Assembly (NCBI GenBank): GCA_051294375.1 | Contig: CM119270.1 | Span: forward strand, 13,108,620 to 13,151,414 | Length of the DNA: 42,795 bases | Direction of reading: 5' to 3' | Origin: Paraspadella gotoi | Lineage: Eukaryota; Animalia; Chaetognatha | In this document: positions 37,763 through 42,795 of the stretch, in pieces | Layout: each line of letters begins with the position of its first letter | Position numbering within the stretch: position 1 is the first letter of the stretch | The notes under the pieces: model-generated | Told to the model about the DNA's origin: nothing | Seen by the model: only the letters and a program-made list of their open reading frames with translations | Database searches by the model: none | Program-made: the position numbers and the translations under genes

Positions 37763-38446
37763 AGCGGAGATTATTAAGATCGGACTGATATTAGTTATTA
37801 ACTGATAAGTGATAACGTGACGCGTAATTCTTTCAAGGTAGCGGGTGAGGGGGTTTCATTCTTTGACTAATTTTGTAGATCTATTGTGAAAATGGTTGTT
37901 TACATTTAAAAAAAAAATTAATTGTAGAATATTGTTATTTCTCTTGACGCATATACAATTATTATTATATTATTATATATTTATATATTATTATATTATT
38001 ATATAATATTATTATACATAGGCACACGAATTCACTCACAAACACATTCTCCTCTTCCTCATTTTGTCAAAGGAAAATCGATCGAAGAAAATATTTGGAA
38101 AATGTCGAAATTGTTATCGAAAATGTGGTACCGAGTCAGAGGCTGCTCCTTTCTCTCCCGCTTCGACGTGATGGAGAATGTGAGAAATTCAAATTGATTA
38201 GAAAAACAGTGAAACGTTGAGCGAATCGTGAGCGTTAATTGTGGGCAGGAACTTTGTCCGCAAAAAGATAACAATGAAATAGTCGTTGTGAGGGAGAAAT
38301 TAAAGTCGTTCGAAAATTTTAATTGCAATGAAAATAAATCAGTGACTTTTATTTTTAAAAAAAAGTTGAAAAGGGCATCGATACTTAATTTGACATTCAT
38401 ATGGCTTAGCTTACATTTTAATTGTAAATGTAATCGAAGACGAAGG

Positions 38447-38530
38447 GATGGGGTCCTTGAACAACCATAGCTTGTCCAAAGTCAGGAGGTGAGATAGCCT
38501 ACTATATATCGAATTGAATGGTTGTACCAA
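38447..38530 (+). repeat. ~85-bp dispersed repeat, copy 2 (upstream of Barx)
   Basis: Shares TGTCCAAAGTCAGG, AGATAGC and TGGTTGTACCAA with copy 1. Confidence 0.8.
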
Positions 38531-39186
38531 CGAAAAGAATTTCATTTAAATTTTAAAAAGCGAGGCGTCATAACTTGACTTTTTAATCACTAAAAAAGCC
38601 AAAAAGGTCAAATCGAGAAAAGGATCGAATCTGATAATTAATTAAGCAATTTGAAACAAGCATCGCAGACAGAAACAACAAAATCGCTCACGATAATTGG
38701 AATTCGAAAAATCAAACGAGGGATTTTTTTATGGCTCGAGGGCGCCGTCCTCAGATTCGATTCAAAAAGTTTAATGAAAAAAAGAAAGGAAGATGGAAGA
38801 GAGGGAAGGCAGGGAGGGAAGAAGGGTGGGGGAGAGAGGGAAAGAGAAGAAGGGAGAAGGAAGGTAGGAAGAGAGGGAAAGGAAGAAAGAGTGGTAGGAA
38901 GGGAAGGAAGGGAAAGGAGGGTGGTGGGGGAGAGAGACAGGGAGAAGGAAGGTAAGGAAAGAGAGGGACGGAAGAAAGAGGAGGGAAAAAAAGTGGTAGG
39001 GAGAGAGGAGGGAAATAGGAAATAAAGAATGATTAGTAAGAAAGAAAAGAAAGACTTAAAGAAAGAAAAAGAAAGATATATAAAAAGAAAGAGAGACAAA
39101 AAAGATTAAGTTAAAAGTGAATGAGGGTGCCAGACAGGAGTGAGGGAGAGAGACGAAAGAGAAAGGAAGGAGGAAGAAAGGAAAAA

Positions 39187-39296
<110 letters not shown>

Positions 39297-40951
39297 GAGT
39301 GACCTTGAAACTGAATGTGGAACGATTTATTTCGAGTGAAATGGAACTAAAAAGCCCCAAAGGACGCGAAATGTTGCGTTTATGTCTTTCGTTTTCTGAT
39401 CGAGAATTCGTTCGCCTCAAACTTGCGCTTTTTTTTTATTTATTTTTTATTTTTTGACTACTTTACGCCAGAGATGAAATCGAGACCTATAGACAATAAA
39501 ACATAATAAAATTCCAATGAATATTCAACGCGGATTTAGTTACTGATACTTTACTCATTATTTCCATTCGGAGAGAGGGGGGGAGGGGAACGCCAGACCC
39601 TTCCAGCCCGTNNNNNNNNNNNNNNNNNNNNNNNNNNNNNNNNNNNNNNNNNNNNNNNNNNNNNNNNNNNNNNNNNNNNNNNNNNNNNNNNNNNNNNNNN
39701 NNNNNNNNNNNNNNNNNNNNNNNNNNNNNNNNNNNNNNNNNNNNNNNNNNNNNNNNNNNNNNNNNNNNNNNNNNNNNNNNNNNNNNNNNNNNNNNNNNNN
39801 NNNNNNNNNNNNNNNNNNNNNNNNNNNNNNNNNNNNNNNNNNNNNNNNNNNNNNNNNNNNNNNNNNNNNNNNNNNNNNNNNNNNNNNNNNNNNNNNNNNN
39901 NNNNNNNNNNNNNNNNNNNNNNNNNNNNNNNNNNNNNNNNNNNNNNNNNNNNNNNNNNNNNNNNNNNNNNNNNNNNNNNNNNNNNNNNNNNNNNNNNNNN
40001 NNNNNNNNNNNNNNNNNNNNNNNNNNNNNNNNNNNNNNNNNNNNNNNNNNNNNNNNNNNNNNNNNNNNNNNNNNNNNNNNNNNNNNNNNNNNNNNNNNNN
40101 NNNNNNNNNNNNNNNNNNNNNNNNNNNNNNNNNNNNNNNNNNNNNNNNNNGACATAGCCACTTTGTTTACGTACGCGGAAAAAAACAAAGCCAAAAAAAA
40201 AAAAAAAAAAATCATTTCAGCCTATCGGCGCAAAAAGGGCGTTCCAATTCTTTTTTTTCAAAAATCAATTGCATGAAGACTCGCGAGTTTTTGCATCGCT
40301 TTTTGGATGCGACTTTTAGGTCGACAATCGATTATCTCCGTCAATCTGTGTCACTCTATTGTCATAAATGTTAATCCTATAAATCATGCTGACGGAGAGG
40401 CTTTTCTTCGTTCTTTTCCCTTTTCCCTGGTTTCCCGTTCACTGAACGCCATTCAGACTTTTTGTGACTGAGCCGGTTTAAACATGCCAGTGCCTAAAAG
40501 CGCTCACTGAGGCTCCGCCTTTACGCCAGTTTGGTGAGACACCCCCGCGCCACGGGTCTCACCGTTTCCTTACTGCCTTATTATTTTCTGTTTCTTTTGT
40601 TTTACTTTTTCTACCCGTTTTTCCTTTCATTCTTCCATAATCTCTTACCTCTCTTTTCTCCTAATCATAGTCTCCACACTTACTCTCTTTTATTCTCCGC
40701 CTTTTCCCCTGTTGTCCTTTCCGTTCTACTCTCGTTCTCCCTTCCTTTTTTCCTCACCTCACCTGTATCAACTGTTCATCTTTCCTCAACCTGCTTTCCC
40801 CCTCCTCCTTCTCCTCCTCCTCCTCCTTACTCCTTTTTTTACGGTTATTTAACGATAGTTGGTCTTCCTCTTTTTCCCCTCCTTTTAATGATCCACTTGC
40901 GATTGTGTTGTTATTTCTCTCTCCGACTCCGCATCGGTTTTTAGCTCCTCT

Positions 40952-41212
40952 TTTTTTTAGTTGCGCCGTGAGTACTTGCGGAGCAACTCTATAAGTCACT
41001 TTTTCGGTCGGTCTGTCTGTATGTCTGTTTTTCGGTATGTCTGTCCATCGGTCTGTCCGACTTACTCATAACTCGCCTCTAGTTGGTTGCTCATTTGTTA
41101 AGACAGAAAAAAACCTCCAATGAAAGTGACTGCTAGCGCCGCCTTTAGGAACCTTAAAGAATAAAAGATAAGATTCCGATGCGAAACACATATTTGAATT
41201 GCCCTTCTTGTT
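40952..41212 (+). mobile_element. Non-autonomous Helentron/HINE (DINE-1-like) element, copy 2
   Basis: Shares AGTTGCGC...GAGTACT.GCGGAGCAACTCTATAAGT, a (CTGT)n tract, GTTGCTCATTTGTTAA and a TTC(C)TTGTT end with copy 1. Confidence 0.65.
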
Positions 41213-42360
41213 TTTGCCATTTTATAGTCCGTTTTTTTTAAAGTTCCCTGGTTGAGAGTAACAGTTATCATGGGCTGGCAGAGTTAGTTTGAGGAATATG
41301 TACGGAGATCGATCGAGTGGATGCGAGCCTCGTAACTGCGCCCCGAAGAGCCGTTGATATGTTTAAATTCGTACTTGCATCGTGAAGCAGTTTGTATTTT
41401 GGACGAGATTTTTTCAAATGAAAATTAGGTTGACCGATGGCCATTATTCTTTATCTGACTTAACGTATAAAGTTTAAAAACAGTTTTTAAACATGGCATT
41501 CTCTTCCACTTTCTCTTTGAAGTCATTCAATTGCCTCGTCAATAAACTTCCCGCCGCGAGTGCAGCGAGATTTTTAAAATAACTTATTAAATTATTAAAA
41601 AAACACTCTTAACTTTTCCTCGACTCTTGCTATTCGAGCTTCATTTTTTCCCGTGGAGTCGCTTCAGAGCCTACAAGACTTCTGTGTGGGTCCGACCTCC
41701 ATTTTATTCGGTAAAAAAAGTATCATGGATATCATTGGATACATGCGAGTTTCTCCTGGTCACGATGTATGTAGTATTATTTAGATTCAGTTAGTATCTG
41801 AGATATGTATGTATATTGTATATATAATGTATATTGTATAATCAAGAATGAGAGAGAGAAGGAGGGACACAGAATTCGAAACTTTACTACTCCATTCTGA
41901 TTTTAAGAGTTCTCAAACGATTTCGCGATAATAACATACAATTTCATACGTAATAAAGGCTCAGGAAAAAAATATGTCGTGAAAAAAGGTTTAAAATATG
42001 TTTTGACTTAAAAAAGCGAACGCTGTTCGATGCCGCCGATGCCGCAGCGCAGCAGCCTCTCCCATCATCGCTACCGCGGCGCTGCGGCCGCTGCGGCCCT
42101 GGTCACGGCCATCGTCTTTGGTCGTCGACGTCAACGCCGCTGAGCGAGTTGTAGGCCGAGACCAGAACGAGTCCCACCGCAATCTCTTTCCAGTTTTCGC
42201 ATTTCGCTTCTCCTTCACTTTTCCCTTTTTTTTTATCTCCTTCCATTTTCTTTTGCTTTTTTTTCCCCCCTCCCTTTTCTCTCCTCTTGTTGCGCATATT
42301 AATTCTTACACATTAAAATCCCAACCTTTTCCTTTTTACTCTTCTCCTCCTCACATTTTA

Positions 42361-42506
42361 TCCCCCCTCCTCTAGGTGAATAACATTCCTCCCCTTCTCC
42401 TTAAATGACATTCTCCCCTCCTCTAGACGACATCTCCCCTCCCTCTAAATTTTGACATCTCCCCTCCTCTAGACGACATCTCCCTCCTTATAGATGAACA
42501 TTCCCC
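42361..42506 (+). repeat. Degenerate ~21-25-bp minisatellite (GACATCTCCCCTCCTCTAGAC), about 6 units
   Basis: Recurring gacat(t)ctcccctcc(t)cta units. Confidence 0.8.
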
Positions 42507-42795
42507 TTCCGCTTTTGAACAACCCATTTTTTCTACTTTACCTCCCTGTTCCATTATCTTCTCCCTTCAATCATCCATTCTCAACCTGTTTTCCCACATT
42601 CTCAACCCTTTTATCTTCCAACTCCTCTCCGAGCCTTGAGTCCGTCCTCCGAGCCTTTAGCCTTGAGTCTGTCCTCATACCCGAATCCAATTTTTAATTT
42701 CTGCTTTACTCCTCTCCACCCGGTCACCAAGAACCTCACTCCCTCTCTCCCCTTACCCTTCTCCCACTTTCCCCGCCCATACACACTTCTTTACA

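Overview
Eukaryotic (animal) draft-assembly scaffold, not prokaryotic: AT-rich, with GT-AG introns, many (GA/CT)n microsatellites and about a dozen N-gaps. The one confidently identifiable gene is a two-exon Barx homeobox gene on the minus strand (about 36762-35680 and 35429-34962). The rest holds a frameshifted five-block spliced gene relic (6933-10360, +), a possible acyl-CoA synthetase C-terminal relic (14856-15140, -), two copies of a Helentron/HINE-like element, several motif-rich minisatellites, and three gap-adjacent duplications that are probably assembly artefacts. One of these is an inverted, G-insertion-riddled copy (29528-31017) that explains the ORFs there. I found no convincing novel biological system; the best leads are listed with their tests. 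Most entries in the ORF track are microsatellite, N-run or shadow ORFs.
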